Positions 15,767-23,549 of a stretch of DNA of 24,647 bases are shown in pieces. Where the stretch lies: the IMG/VR virus record IMGVR_UViG_3300044724_003874, positions 1 through 24,647 of that record; one strand, 5' to 3'. How positions within the stretch are numbered: position 1 is the stretch's first letter; every line of letters starts with the position of its first letter. The notes under the pieces are model-generated. The model saw only the letters and a program-made list of their open reading frames with translations. It had not been told where the DNA came from and did not search any database. The translations under genes and the position numbers were made by a program. The stretch comes from a virus. Taxonomy: Duplodnaviria > Caudoviricetes.

Positions 15767-17376
15767 CAGAAATCAAAAGGACCAAGGGATTCAGCCACCT
15801 TTGGAGCGGCTTGGCAAGGGCGAACGTCAATATCAAGGCGAAGGTTGCTGATCGTGACAGCAGGGCTGCCCAGCTTCTCAACGGTGATCTTGTCAGGGTT
15901 CGTTCCGTCTCGGACAACGTAGCCGTTGGCCCAGGAACCGCCTCTAAAGATCTCGACAGGAGTCTTTGGATCTATTGCAGCAGGCTTTGGATCTAATGGT
16001 TCAGCCAGTAGTTCGGCTGTACTGTCCTGAGAGTTAGATTTATTGGATCTAATGGATTTAATGGCAAAAGATCCAAGAGATCCAGAAGATCCAGCTTCTG
16101 AGCCTCCCAGGGACCATTCCATCGCAGCAGGGCTTGCCATCCAAAATTTCCGGGGTCTTGAGCCTGTGTCTTCCTCTCTGACGACCTCGGCCAAACCCTT
16201 TGCTTTGAGCGAGCGCAGCTCTCTAGCAACGTGGCCCATTTGCTTGTTCAGCTCGGTTGCAACCTCTTCAGGAGACACGTCAGCCTTAAGAGCGGTTCGC
16301 ATCGTCAAGTAATCAAAAACGCTTGCTCGCACGCCTCCCAGCTCCATGATGCGGCTGCCTGCTCGTTCAACTTTTTGAGCTGCCTCCAGGAGGTCGAGAT
16401 AGGTCCAACCGCCTTCGGGCATGTACTGACCCATGACGCCGCCGCTTTCGTTAGCGCCTCGACCCTTGCCTGCAAATCCAACCCGCTTATCTGTACGAGC
16501 TAGGCCGTCCTCCTCTTGCGCGACCCAGCGCATAAGGACACCCCAAGAGAAGACAGAACTGATGGAGCTGCTCCCCCTGCATTCGGTGATCCAATCCCAA
16601 GTGCTTGGCCGTTTGACCGAGTGATGGATGACCAGAAGAGTGGCCCCGGTCTTTCGCAGCTGACTGATTGCAGATCTGATCGGTTGGGCATAGCGAGACG
16701 TGTTCTCTTCAATGCCGGTCGGCTCCATCATTGAGCTAAGTGAATCGATGATCACGAGCGGAAACTGATGTTTTTCAATCTCCTCTCGCATCCGACGCAA
16801 ACCGTCTTTTGTGAAGTTGTACTGTTCGCCCGTCTCCATCGAGCAAAAGAAATCGATTGAATCGCTTTTCAGGGTTTGATCTTCTGCGACAAGCTCTTCC
16901 CGGTGCAACAAGTGCAACCAATCGCCTTCGCTTTGATCGGTGCCAAAGACGAGGACGGGCATCCGCTCACCAGGAATCGACAGATCACGGCCAAGGAATT
17001 GCGGCTGCTTGTCGCGTAGAGCTGCAATTAAGCCTGTTGAAAACGAACTCTTACCAACCTTGGGCTGACCAATGATCACGTTGGATTCGCCCAGCTTGAT
17101 CATGCCGTCAAGCAGGAAGACAGATTCGGTGGCCTGTAGTTTTTCGCCTGCGCGGTAAACCTTGCCTTTGTGAAGCCTGCGTTCTGCTGCGTCTAAATAC
17201 GCTTGGAGTTCAGGATCGCGTGCGTCGTCGTGGGCGCCTAGCTCGAAAGCTTTGTTTCGCATGAGAGGCATCCAATCCCGTTCCCTCTCCGCCTGGATTA
17301 CTTTCTCGGCGTGGAGGGCTAGAGCTGTTAATGACTCTTGAAGCGCGGGTTTTGAGTTGTTTGGAATAGGCTCCAT
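15766..17376 (-). CDS. RepA/RecA-like AAA helicase / replication protein with C-terminal winged helix
   Basis: Walker A GQPKVGKS, Walker B LVIIDSL, LLVIHH..K, RGSS; C-terminal EVA.EL......V.REL..L...GL. Confidence 0.8.
   Translation of the reverse strand: MEPIPNNSKPALQESLTALALHAEKVIQAERERDWMPLMRNKAFELGAHDDARDPELQAYLDAAERRLHKGKVYRAGEKLQATESVFLLDGMIKLGESNVIIGQPKVGKSSFSTGLIAALRDKQPQFLGRDLSIPGERMPVLVFGTDQSEGDWLHLLHREELVAEDQTLKSDSIDFFCSMETGEQYNFTKDGLRRMREEIEKHQFPLVIIDSLSSMMEPTGIEENTSRYAQPIRSAISQLRKTGATLLVIHHSVKRPSTWDWITECRGSSSISSVFSWGVLMRWVAQEEDGLARTDKRVGFAGKGRGANESGGVMGQYMPEGGWTYLDLLEAAQKVERAGSRIMELGGVRASVFDYLTMRTALKADVSPEEVATELNKQMGHVARELRSLKAKGLAEVVREEDTGSRPRKFWMASPAAMEWSLGGSEAGSSGSLGSFAIKSIRSNKSNSQDSTAELLAEPLDPKPAAIDPKTPVEIFRGGSWANGYVVRDGTNPDKITVEKLGSPAVTISNLRLDIDVRPCQAAPKVAESLGPFDF
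15965..16095. repeat. Iteron-like (T)GGATCT / AGATCCA repeats
   Basis: TTTGGATCTA twice, three 9 bp units at 16034-16060 and three inverted units at 16069-16095. Confidence 0.65.
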
Positions 17377-17635
17377 CTTTTGCCTTTGAAGGGGAATAGA
17401 AATCTGAATCTGAATAAACGCCTAGGCGCTCTAACTCTTTGAAAGCCATCAGCTCAGAGCTGCTGACGAAAGGATGATCATCATCCCAAGCCTTGAGGGC
17501 TGCATCTGACTTTTGAGCTTGAGTCTCTGTGTAGTAACCGATCACCGCCAAGTCATCGTCAAAGAAGCCAGGCAAGCTGTAGGGCACCCATTGGAGCAAG
17601 TCATAAGCCCGCTGTTCTTGGTGTAGATCAGTCAC
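17210..17635 (-). CDS. Hypothetical protein upstream of the replication gene
   Basis: Probable GTG start at 17635 overlapping the upstream stop region; 3' end overlaps the helicase by 167 nt. Confidence 0.55.
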   Translation of the reverse strand: MTDLHQEQRAYDLLQWVPYSLPGFFDDDLAVIGYYTETQAQKSDAALKAWDDDHPFVSSSELMAFKELERLGVYSDSDFYSPSKAKDGAYSKQLKTRASRVINSSSPPRRESNPGGEGTGLDASHAKQSFRARRPRRRTRS

Positions 17636-17792
17636 GAGCCAGGGGCTCAGGCTCTTGAGCAATGGCACGCTGGAGAAGCAAGTTCACCCAGCCAGTGCGA
17701 GAGACGCCGATGGGCTTCTTTCTGTCCACCTCGGCAATGACCCTTGGATCAATCTGAACGCGGACATCTTGGAACAAATCTGCTTCTGGCAT
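17628..17792 (-). CDS. Small ribbon-helix-helix-like regulator
   Basis: 54 aa VRVQID...IAEVD.KKP.GVSRT.WVNLLL..AI; first gene of the leftward unit. Confidence 0.65.
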   Translation of the reverse strand: MPEADLFQDVRVQIDPRVIAEVDRKKPIGVSRTGWVNLLLQRAIAQEPEPLARD

Positions 17793-17801
17793 GTTCTGGG
17801 G

Positions 17802-17844
17802 TTGATTCAGGTCTGAATATGGTGCATATTGACCGAGCACGCAA
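17802..17844. promoter_or_regulatory. Overlapping divergent promoters
   Basis: Plus strand TTGATT-17-CATATT (17802-17830); minus strand TTGCGT-17-CATATT (17844-17816). Confidence 0.55.
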
Positions 17845-17850
17845 GTCACC

Positions 17851-18489
17851 ATGTTAGATCCAATCCCTGAACTGTCCTTTGACAGCAAGCGTCATCTCTA
17901 CTCTTATAAGGGTGAATGGCTGGCCCACTCCGTTTCTGCCGTTACGGGCGTTGACATCACGCCTCAACAACGCGCTGGGTTTGAGAAGTACAAACACGGG
18001 CCTGATGGCTGGGCTATCCGGGGCCAGACGATTCACAATTGCCTTGACAAGCATTTGCGAGGCGAGCCGCAGATCTATGATGACAAATGGTCCCCGTGGG
18101 TTGAGACGCTGCTTGAAGATGATCTGTTCAAGAACGTCAACCTGATGGCTAGTGAGTATTCGCTCTGCTTGCGCAACAGCTCCCATTCCATTGGCGGAAC
18201 GCTTGACTTTCTGATCAGCTACGCAGACGACCCAACGTTTCTGATTTTGGGAGACCTAAAAACCGTTTCAAGAAAAAACGCCGTCTCAAGCCGTAAGGCG
18301 GCAACCGAGCAGCTTGGCGGCTACTTGACCATGATTAACCAGCACTGGCCCAAGCTCTACGTCAGTCAATGCGTCACGGTGGTGTCTGGCCCTGAAAAAT
18401 GCAAGGTGATCGAGCAAGAGCCTGACGAATGCCTTGAGGCATGGCGTGGAGCCCTGACTCGCTTTGATGCGCTGCAACCTGACTTTTAA
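17851..18489 (+). CDS. PD-(D/E)XK exonuclease (Cas4/RecB-like fold)
   Basis: RG..IH, E, GGTLDF, DLKT and QL.GY motifs. Confidence 0.8.
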   Translation: MLDPIPELSFDSKRHLYSYKGEWLAHSVSAVTGVDITPQQRAGFEKYKHGPDGWAIRGQTIHNCLDKHLRGEPQIYDDKWSPWVETLLEDDLFKNVNLMASEYSLCLRNSSHSIGGTLDFLISYADDPTFLILGDLKTVSRKNAVSSRKAATEQLGGYLTMINQHWPKLYVSQCVTVVSGPEKCKVIEQEPDECLEAWRGALTRFDALQPDF

Positions 18490-18490
18490 T

Positions 18491-18553
18491 CGGTCACGCC
18501 GGACACCTCGGACACCTCGGACACTTCGGACACTTCGGACAGCCTGGACAGAA
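18491..18553 (+). repeat. 9 bp tandem repeat (CGGACACYT), about 7 units
   Basis: cggtcacgc cggacacct cggacacct cggacactt cggacactt cggacagcc tggacagaa. Confidence 0.9.
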
Positions 18554-18557
18554 ACAG

Positions 18558-18680
18558 ATGAACTGGACCGCGATCTTGAAGCAAGGGCAGATCGAGGAAC
18601 CGCCCGGATACAAAGAAACGGTCGAGGTCATCAAGGCTGACCCATACCAAAAGCCAAAGAAGAAACAGAAGAAGCGTTGA
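18558..18680 (+). CDS. 40 aa hypothetical protein MNWTAILKQGQIEEPPGY...
   Basis: Manual translation; operon strand; basic C-terminus. Confidence 0.6.
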   Translation: MNWTAILKQGQIEEPPGYKETVEVIKADPYQKPKKKQKKR

Positions 18681-18705
18681 CAATTAATCACTGGTATGCC
18701 ATTAT
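18677..18705 (+). promoter_or_regulatory. Sigma70-type promoter with palindrome at -10
   Basis: TTGACA-17 bp-CATTAT with TGn extension; TGGTATGCCA at 18692-18701. Confidence 0.7.
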
Positions 18706-18742
18706 TCCTGCACGAGCGGAGATCGCTCACCACTTCAACAAA

Positions 18743-18946
18743 ATGACTTTCTACCAATCACAAAAGCTTCACTCGGGCTTTTACGGCAACAAGCGTTGTG
18801 TCAGCCTTGCGGCTCCCGTCGTGAGCGTTCTATTTGCTGCCCTGCTGTCAGGTGCTGCTTGGTACAGCCTGACTTCGACTCTTGATGACATGACCCAGCG
18901 CGATTGCAACGCTGGCATTCAGAAGGCTTGCGAGGCTCTTAAGTAG
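18743..18946 (+). CDS. Small membrane protein
   Basis: ATG at 18743 downstream of the promoter; one hydrophobic helix; C-terminal DC..G...AC. Confidence 0.65.
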   Translation: MTFYQSQKLHSGFYGNKRCVSLAAPVVSVLFAALLSGAAWYSLTSTLDDMTQRDCNAGIQKACEALK

Positions 18947-18948
18947 TT

Positions 18949-19266
18949 GTGTCTTTCTATAACACCAACAAAGAAAACCCTGAAGAATTTGCTGACTCTT
19001 TGCAAAAAGCCAAAAGGCAAGAGATTGTCATTTATGATCTCTTTCTTCTTTTTAATGAGCCCTTGAGCCCGTCAATGGTTTGCAAAGCTCTTAACGAAAA
19101 ATGGCCAATTACGTCAATTCGCAGAGCAATGACAAACCTCACTAATGACGGGGTAATTGTCAAAACTCAAGAGACCGTGAAAGGCGTTTACGGCAAAAAC
19201 GAGCATCTTTGGTCTTTGCCGGAAAAAACCTCGGACTCAAAACAGGCTTTATTGTTTGATTTCTAG
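18949..19266 (+). CDS. Winged-helix DNA-binding protein
   Basis: LSPS.V......PITSIRRAMTNLT..G...KT.....G.YG..E..W. Confidence 0.65.
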   Translation: MSFYNTNKENPEEFADSLQKAKRQEIVIYDLFLLFNEPLSPSMVCKALNEKWPITSIRRAMTNLTNDGVIVKTQETVKGVYGKNEHLWSLPEKTSDSKQALLFDF

Positions 19267-19278
19267 CCCTATGAAGCT

Positions 19279-19725
19279 TTGCCTGCCTCTAACAGTTTCA
19301 CCTTTACAGTTTTTGGCAAGCCAGCCCCTCAGGGCAGCAAGCGACACGTTGGCAGAGGCGTCCTTTTGGAGTCTTCAAAACGTTGCAAGCCGTGGCGACA
19401 AATTGTTGCCTTGGCTGCGCAAGAGTCATTACCTGATAACTGGTATGCCATAATGGATAGGCCGATGAGTGCATCAATCACTTTTGCCTTCGATCGGCCA
19501 AAATCCCACTACAAGGCAAACGGTGAATTAAAATCATCAGCCCCTGTTCACTGCGCTAAAAGGATTGGAGATTTAGACAAACTTTGCCGTGCTGTTTTTG
19601 ACAGCCTTGACACCGCAAATGTTGTCAATGACGATTCTCAATTCGTAAGCCTTTATGCCCACCGACGTTTCACCACCCGACATGAACACCCCTGCGCCAT
19701 CATCACCGTTACAGCCCTTTCCTAA
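19279..19725 (+). CDS. rusA: RusA-like Holliday junction resolvase
   Basis: G.PAPQGSK, DLDKL.RAV.D.L......DDSQ. Confidence 0.85.
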   Translation: MPASNSFTFTVFGKPAPQGSKRHVGRGVLLESSKRCKPWRQIVALAAQESLPDNWYAIMDRPMSASITFAFDRPKSHYKANGELKSSAPVHCAKRIGDLDKLCRAVFDSLDTANVVNDDSQFVSLYAHRRFTTRHEHPCAIITVTALS

Positions 19726-20425
19726 TCTTGGCAACGTCATCACAACCGATGACGTAAGCCAAAAAGGCACAGGCAGTTACAAAGCCGACTATGTCAACTG
19801 GTGCCGCACCATGCACCTGTTGCATGAGCACGCTCCAGGTTGGCAATTTTGCCTTGCTCACTACGTTGACGCTAGTCATGCGTGGAAAGCCCCAAACGGT
19901 ACGGCTTACGTTGTTGGCTACTTCACCGGCCCCAATGGTGAACGAACGCCTGACTTCCCTCAGGCAATCATGGATAACCGCAACAATGCGGTTGCTTATG
20001 AAAAAGTCAGCGCACGAGACCTTACGGACTCTCACAGAAGATGCCTGTGTACCGCAGCCGCTGCACAGTTTGGCCTCGCTTGGCAGCTATGGGCACGCGA
20101 AGAAGTTGAGAACCCTCACCGGGCTGAATCAACTCCAACCGCCAAACCTGCCGCAAAGCCAGCACGGATAGATGACAATCCCACTCCTGAAGACGTTGCG
20201 CCTGGTGAACCGTTTGCGCCCGGCGAAGAACCTCTTTCTGAGAACGATCGCAATCTCTGTCTTGGCTTGATTAAAGAGTTAACACCGGAGGGCCTTGCGT
20301 CCTTTTGTGAAAGCTTTCGACGGGACTTTAATTTAAAGCCCGATGCTAAAGTAGCTCCTGCTCTTACGAGTAAAAAGCACCAAGACTGGATGAATGCCAA
20401 TCTAAAAAATCACGTCAATGTCTGA
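19655..20425 (+). CDS. Putative single-strand annealing protein (Sak3/DUF1071-like)
   Basis: Y.NW..........P and IMD.RN......D..D...RCL...A...GL...L motifs; start may be 19682. Confidence 0.6.
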   Translation: MPTDVSPPDMNTPAPSSPLQPFPNLGNVITTDDVSQKGTGSYKADYVNWCRTMHLLHEHAPGWQFCLAHYVDASHAWKAPNGTAYVVGYFTGPNGERTPDFPQAIMDNRNNAVAYEKVSARDLTDSHRRCLCTAAAAQFGLAWQLWAREEVENPHRAESTPTAKPAAKPARIDDNPTPEDVAPGEPFAPGEEPLSENDRNLCLGLIKELTPEGLASFCESFRRDFNLKPDAKVAPALTSKKHQDWMNANLKNHVNV

Positions 20426-20612
20426 AGACAACAAGCCAAAAACCCGCTCTGAACGACAAGCTGAGCAAGACGACAAACGTGTTCACAACTTGTTTCAAGT
20501 TCGTCTTGACGAAAGCCTAGGCAACAAACTTCGCGACTTTATGAGGCAGCGCGATTACAACACCAATCAAGCGCTCAAAACCATCATCTCTCGTTTTTTC
20601 ACAGGTAAGTAA
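20418..20612 (+). CDS. Small ribbon-helix-helix-like protein
   Basis: FQVRLD..L...L..F.......NQAL..II. Confidence 0.6.
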   Translation: MSEDNKPKTRSERQAEQDDKRVHNLFQVRLDESLGNKLRDFMRQRDYNTNQALKTIISRFFTGK

Positions 20613-20613
20613 C

Positions 20614-20904
20614 ATGGCTGATTTTCCACAAGACGCATTTACCCTCTGGTTCACCTGTAATAAGGACTCGAAAACAGACGGAGCTTATTGGGCTTCCTCT
20701 GAGGTTCCTGTTGATGAGCTTCGCAAGCTTTTTGCATGGATCAAAGAAGCTCCAAAAACTGAAAACGACAAGGGTCAGGAATGCGTTCAGCTACGGGCTG
20801 GCCTTCGCCCTAGGGTGAGCAAAGCCGGTAATGATTACCTGTTGCTTGCAATTAGCGATCAGAAGCCACGCAAGCCGGAGGCAAACAACAACATCGATTT
20901 CTGA
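20614..20904 (+). CDS. Putative ssDNA-binding protein
   Basis: Beta-rich, SKAG.DYL.L motif, C-terminal IDF; next to the SSAP gene. Confidence 0.5.
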   Translation: MADFPQDAFTLWFTCNKDSKTDGAYWASSEVPVDELRKLFAWIKEAPKTENDKGQECVQLRAGLRPRVSKAGNDYLLLAISDQKPRKPEANNNIDF

Positions 20905-20989
20905 TGCTTGGGGCATCAAGTGGGCCAGGACCGAAAGGACTGGCGGGGGTGGAAGCCTGTTGACCGCTTCGTGTAAGTCCCCCACCACC
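20902..20989 (+). ncRNA. Candidate structured intergenic RNA
   Basis: Three consecutive GC-rich stems, one with a GAAA tetraloop. Confidence 0.35.
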
Positions 20990-21005
20990 GACCTAACTTG
21001 AGGAG

Positions 21006-21158
21006 ATGTCAAAACCAACTATCAAGCGCGTCTCAAAGAACGGTGAATGGGTTTGGGAAGTTACTTATGGCGGCACCGTTCGCTGGCACGCTCAAGACTG
21101 GCAAGCTCGTTGGATTTACGAGGAGGCGTTGCGTCTTTATTCCAAGCAAGTCAACTGA
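21006..21158 (+). CDS. 50 aa Trp-rich hypothetical protein MSKPTIKRVSKNGEWVWEV...
   Basis: Manual translation; purine-rich GAGGAG directly before ATG. Confidence 0.6.
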   Translation: MSKPTIKRVSKNGEWVWEVTYGGTVRWHAQDWQARWIYEEALRLYSKQVN

Positions 21159-21358
21159 GCATCCATATCCGCAATGCGGGTGACGGCTTGGCTAAGCAGC
21201 TTTCGCTGATGCCAATTCTGCCTAACCAGTGCGGCGCATAAGCCTTGGACCTCTCCGATGTCCGTAGTGTTGTAAATAGAGCGAACCGAACGCTCCATCA
21301 TTAGCTCTTCATGGAGACTCTGTTCTGCGATCATCCATTTCATGTCGTCCATTTTCAA
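21137..21358 (-). CDS. Hypothetical protein
   Basis: Helical ORF ending the leftward unit; start uncertain. Confidence 0.6.
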   Translation of the reverse strand: MKMDDMKWMIAEQSLHEELMMERSVRSIYNTTDIGEVQGLCAALVRQNWHQRKLLSQAVTRIADMDAQLTCLE

Positions 21359-21394
21359 GCCCCGTGTGGCTTCTTGCCCTACAAGCTAAGGTCA

Positions 21395-21625
21395 TTAACC
21401 GTTGCCTTGCAACCTTGAAATCAGGCGATCCAGATACCAACTTGCCTTGCCAGCGTCTTGAAGGCAGTTGCCCTTATGCCACATCCTAAGCAGATATTTC
21501 AACGCTTGGCCTTGCAAATAACCGCTTACTGCGTCGTCAGCCTTTTCCACTGAATCTTCAATGATTTCAATTGCTTCGATTCGGCCTTGGGTGTAATGAT
21601 CCGGCGAGTTGATTAAGTCTGACAT
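21395..21625 (-). CDS. DUF3310 protein (T7 gp1.7 nucleotide kinase-like domain)
   Basis: D.IN.P.HY..G.IEAI...G.ALKYL.R...KG...QD..KA.WYL. Confidence 0.85.
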   Translation of the reverse strand: MSDLINSPDHYTQGRIEAIEIIEDSVEKADDAVSGYLQGQALKYLLRMWHKGNCLQDAGKASWYLDRLISRLQGNG

Positions 21626-22146
21626 TAGCTAGCAATAGACGGCATAACCCGCAGATGGTTGTTGTAGTTGCCTGTCACCGCATAGCTAAGTGCTGGAACA
21701 TTGCTCATTCGATGAAAAACCATTTGTCCAATTTTCAGGTTGGGATATAAATGCAAGCCGTGATAACGGCGCTCATTCTTTAACTCAAGCGTCAGCTTGC
21801 TGTTATTCCAGCCAGGGTCACACCAACCAGCCAACAAATGATTTAAACCTTCTCTGGCACGGCTTGATTTCAATACGAACGCAGCCGATATGTCATCAGG
21901 CAGATTAAAAGTCTCAATGGTCTCAGCTAGTACAAACTCACTAGGTGCTAAATAATAAGGATCCTCCTCTGTTCGGTCTGAAATATCAATATCAATTAGC
22001 TCACGCTTATCGCTTACCTCAATCATCAAGCGATGGCCAAGACGAAGATCCAAGCTTGCCGGATTCAACAGTTCTGGGCAAAACGGCCAGACCATCTGAT
22101 GGCTATCGCACAAGGCACGGATTTCGTGATCGCACAGAACCGCCAT
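21625..22146 (-). CDS. dcd: dCTP deaminase / dUTPase-fold enzyme
   Basis: LNPASLDLRLG, KSSRAR.G, DPGW...LTLEL, KIGQ; start reassigned to MAVLCD. Confidence 0.9.
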   Translation of the reverse strand: MAVLCDHEIRALCDSHQMVWPFCPELLNPASLDLRLGHRLMIEVSDKRELIDIDISDRTEEDPYYLAPSEFVLAETIETFNLPDDISAAFVLKSSRAREGLNHLLAGWCDPGWNNSKLTLELKNERRYHGLHLYPNLKIGQMVFHRMSNVPALSYAVTGNYNNHLRVMPSIAS

Positions 22147-22213
22147 ACAGGTCAGCAAAAAATGGTTGACAGTCCCAACATACCCTAGTGCTCGCTTCCC
22201 CTATCCCGTGTTT

Positions 22214-23332
22214 TTATTTAACGTCAACGAGAATTGCCCAACCTGTCCCAGGCGCTTCACATTCCCAGCGGCGCAACCAACTCTTACGGCCATAGTGCAC
22301 GTACTCACCGCTTTTTTGACTGTTGCTTTTGTAGCCACCATTCAAAATGTCAGCTTGGCCATTAGGGTCATGAAAAATAAAAGCTTCTGGCGTATAGCCA
22401 ACACAACAATTCCAATGTCCTCCTCCGCTTGGGTTTGAAGCTGGCCCTTTATGCAACCAACCAACAGCAACTGGGCGATTATTGTTGATCTCCTCTTCCA
22501 GCATCTTTGCTGTGCCGTTAGTAATAAAGCGAGCTTTCAATCCGCATTCTTGCAGCGTACTAAGTTGCGCTTCAACAGACGTAGTATCGCCAAAATCGCT
22601 GCGAATATTGTTATAGACATCGTCGCTGCTGACTTTGCCGTAATACTGCGCGATCATTGCACAGCTGCTTGAAAAGCATTCGCGATAACCTGCGCCAGAT
22701 TCGTTGTCTAGCTGGTACTGATATGGGACATCTAAAACCTTTTCGCTTGAACCAGATGTTTCGTTTTCGTTCATCAAGCGGATTAACTTTTCTGCATAGT
22801 TTGGATCAGTAGCGTATCCCTCGCTTATTAAGTCGCGAGCACAATCTTCGCGGGTGGTTGCACTGTTGACACCTCGATAGCTTTTAAAATTCTTATACCA
22901 GCGAGTTGCTAAGTAATCAATGCAATCGCCAAGGCTTTCAAAATCAATAAAACTGTCTTTTATTGAGATGTATTCGCCGTTGATGTACTCCGTCGTTTTG
23001 ACTTCCGTACCATCGCCTTTCAACCCGAACGCATTCCACTTTCCAGAGAAATGCTTGCCCCAACCGGATTCAAGCGCCCATTGAGCTGCAACGCATTCAG
23101 GGAATTTAACTCCAGACTCTTTGGCTAGTCTCTTAACTCCGCTCCAGCTGTTGTCTGACTGTTTACCGGCTTGGCTCCATGTTGCAAACCACGGTCTGTC
23201 ACGCTGCATTGCAGTTTTGTAACCATTATCAGCAAGGTCTTCCTCTAGCAGCGGAATACTTGCTGCCTGATGAGGCAAGCCTTTGTAATACCTAAAAAGC
23301 TGCTCTAGGGTAATCGCTTTACTGTTCGTCAT
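22214..23332 (-). CDS. Modular endolysin: GH73 glucosaminidase plus C39-like cysteine peptidase
   Basis: AAQWALESGWG, N.FGLKG, GYATDPNY..KL; then VPY..Q.DN...RECFSSSCAM, GHW, HDP.G. Confidence 0.9.
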   Translation of the reverse strand: MTNSKAITLEQLFRYYKGLPHQAASIPLLEEDLADNGYKTAMQRDRPWFATWSQAGKQSDNSWSGVKRLAKESGVKFPECVAAQWALESGWGKHFSGKWNAFGLKGDGTEVKTTEYINGEYISIKDSFIDFESLGDCIDYLATRWYKNFKSYRGVNSATTREDCARDLISEGYATDPNYAEKLIRLMNENETSGSSEKVLDVPYQYQLDNESGAGYRECFSSSCAMIAQYYGKVSSDDVYNNIRSDFGDTTSVEAQLSTLQECGLKARFITNGTAKMLEEEINNNRPVAVGWLHKGPASNPSGGGHWNCCVGYTPEAFIFHDPNGQADILNGGYKSNSQKSGEYVHYGRKSWLRRWECEAPGTGWAILVDVK

Positions 23333-23549
23333 TATTCCAGGGTGATCTGATGTGTAGGTCGTCGATTTGAGTTGGTGGTGGCATCACTGGCGGCTGTAAT
23401 TTGTGCCAGCGTTCAACCTCAGCATCTAAGCGAGGTTTTAGGGTTGCCTCGAATTTGCGACGTTGAATTGCACGCTGAAAACCGTCAAGCGGTGATCGCG
23501 TTGAGAACCTAAATAACCACTTGCCATCAGCGGGAATCAGCCCTTTTTT
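23319..23549 (-). CDS. Start-less -1 frame extension of the holin-like gene
   Basis: Open frame KGLIPADGKWLFRFSTRSPLDGFQRAIQRRKFEATLKPRLDAEVERWHKLQPPVMPPPTQIDDLHIRSPWNNDEQ* entered at A AAA AAG. Confidence 0.6.
   Translation of the reverse strand, partial: KKGLIPADGKWLFRFSTRSPLDGFQRAIQRRKFEATLKPRLDAEVERWHKLQPPVMPPPTQIDDLHIRSPWNNDEQ

Noticed and set aside
17210-17420. Frameshift fusion of 17210-17635 with the helicase
   Set aside because: A 167 nt overlap exists, but the helicase has its own ATG and I saw no slippery heptamer near its start
18491-18553. Possible CRISPR array next to a Cas4-like nuclease
   Set aside because: Units are 9 bp with no spacers; the nuclease lacks an evident Cas4 Fe-S cysteine cluster and fits a phage exonuclease
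18486-18757. Minus-strand ORFs with CPKCPRC or SEVSEV repeats
   Set aside because: They are translations of the 9 bp DNA repeat, antisense to a plus-strand operon with its own ORF and promoter
23438-23527. 29 aa ATG ORF in the holin-endolysin gap
   Set aside because: Short and leaves ~100 nt unexplained, whereas the -1 frame spans the whole gap
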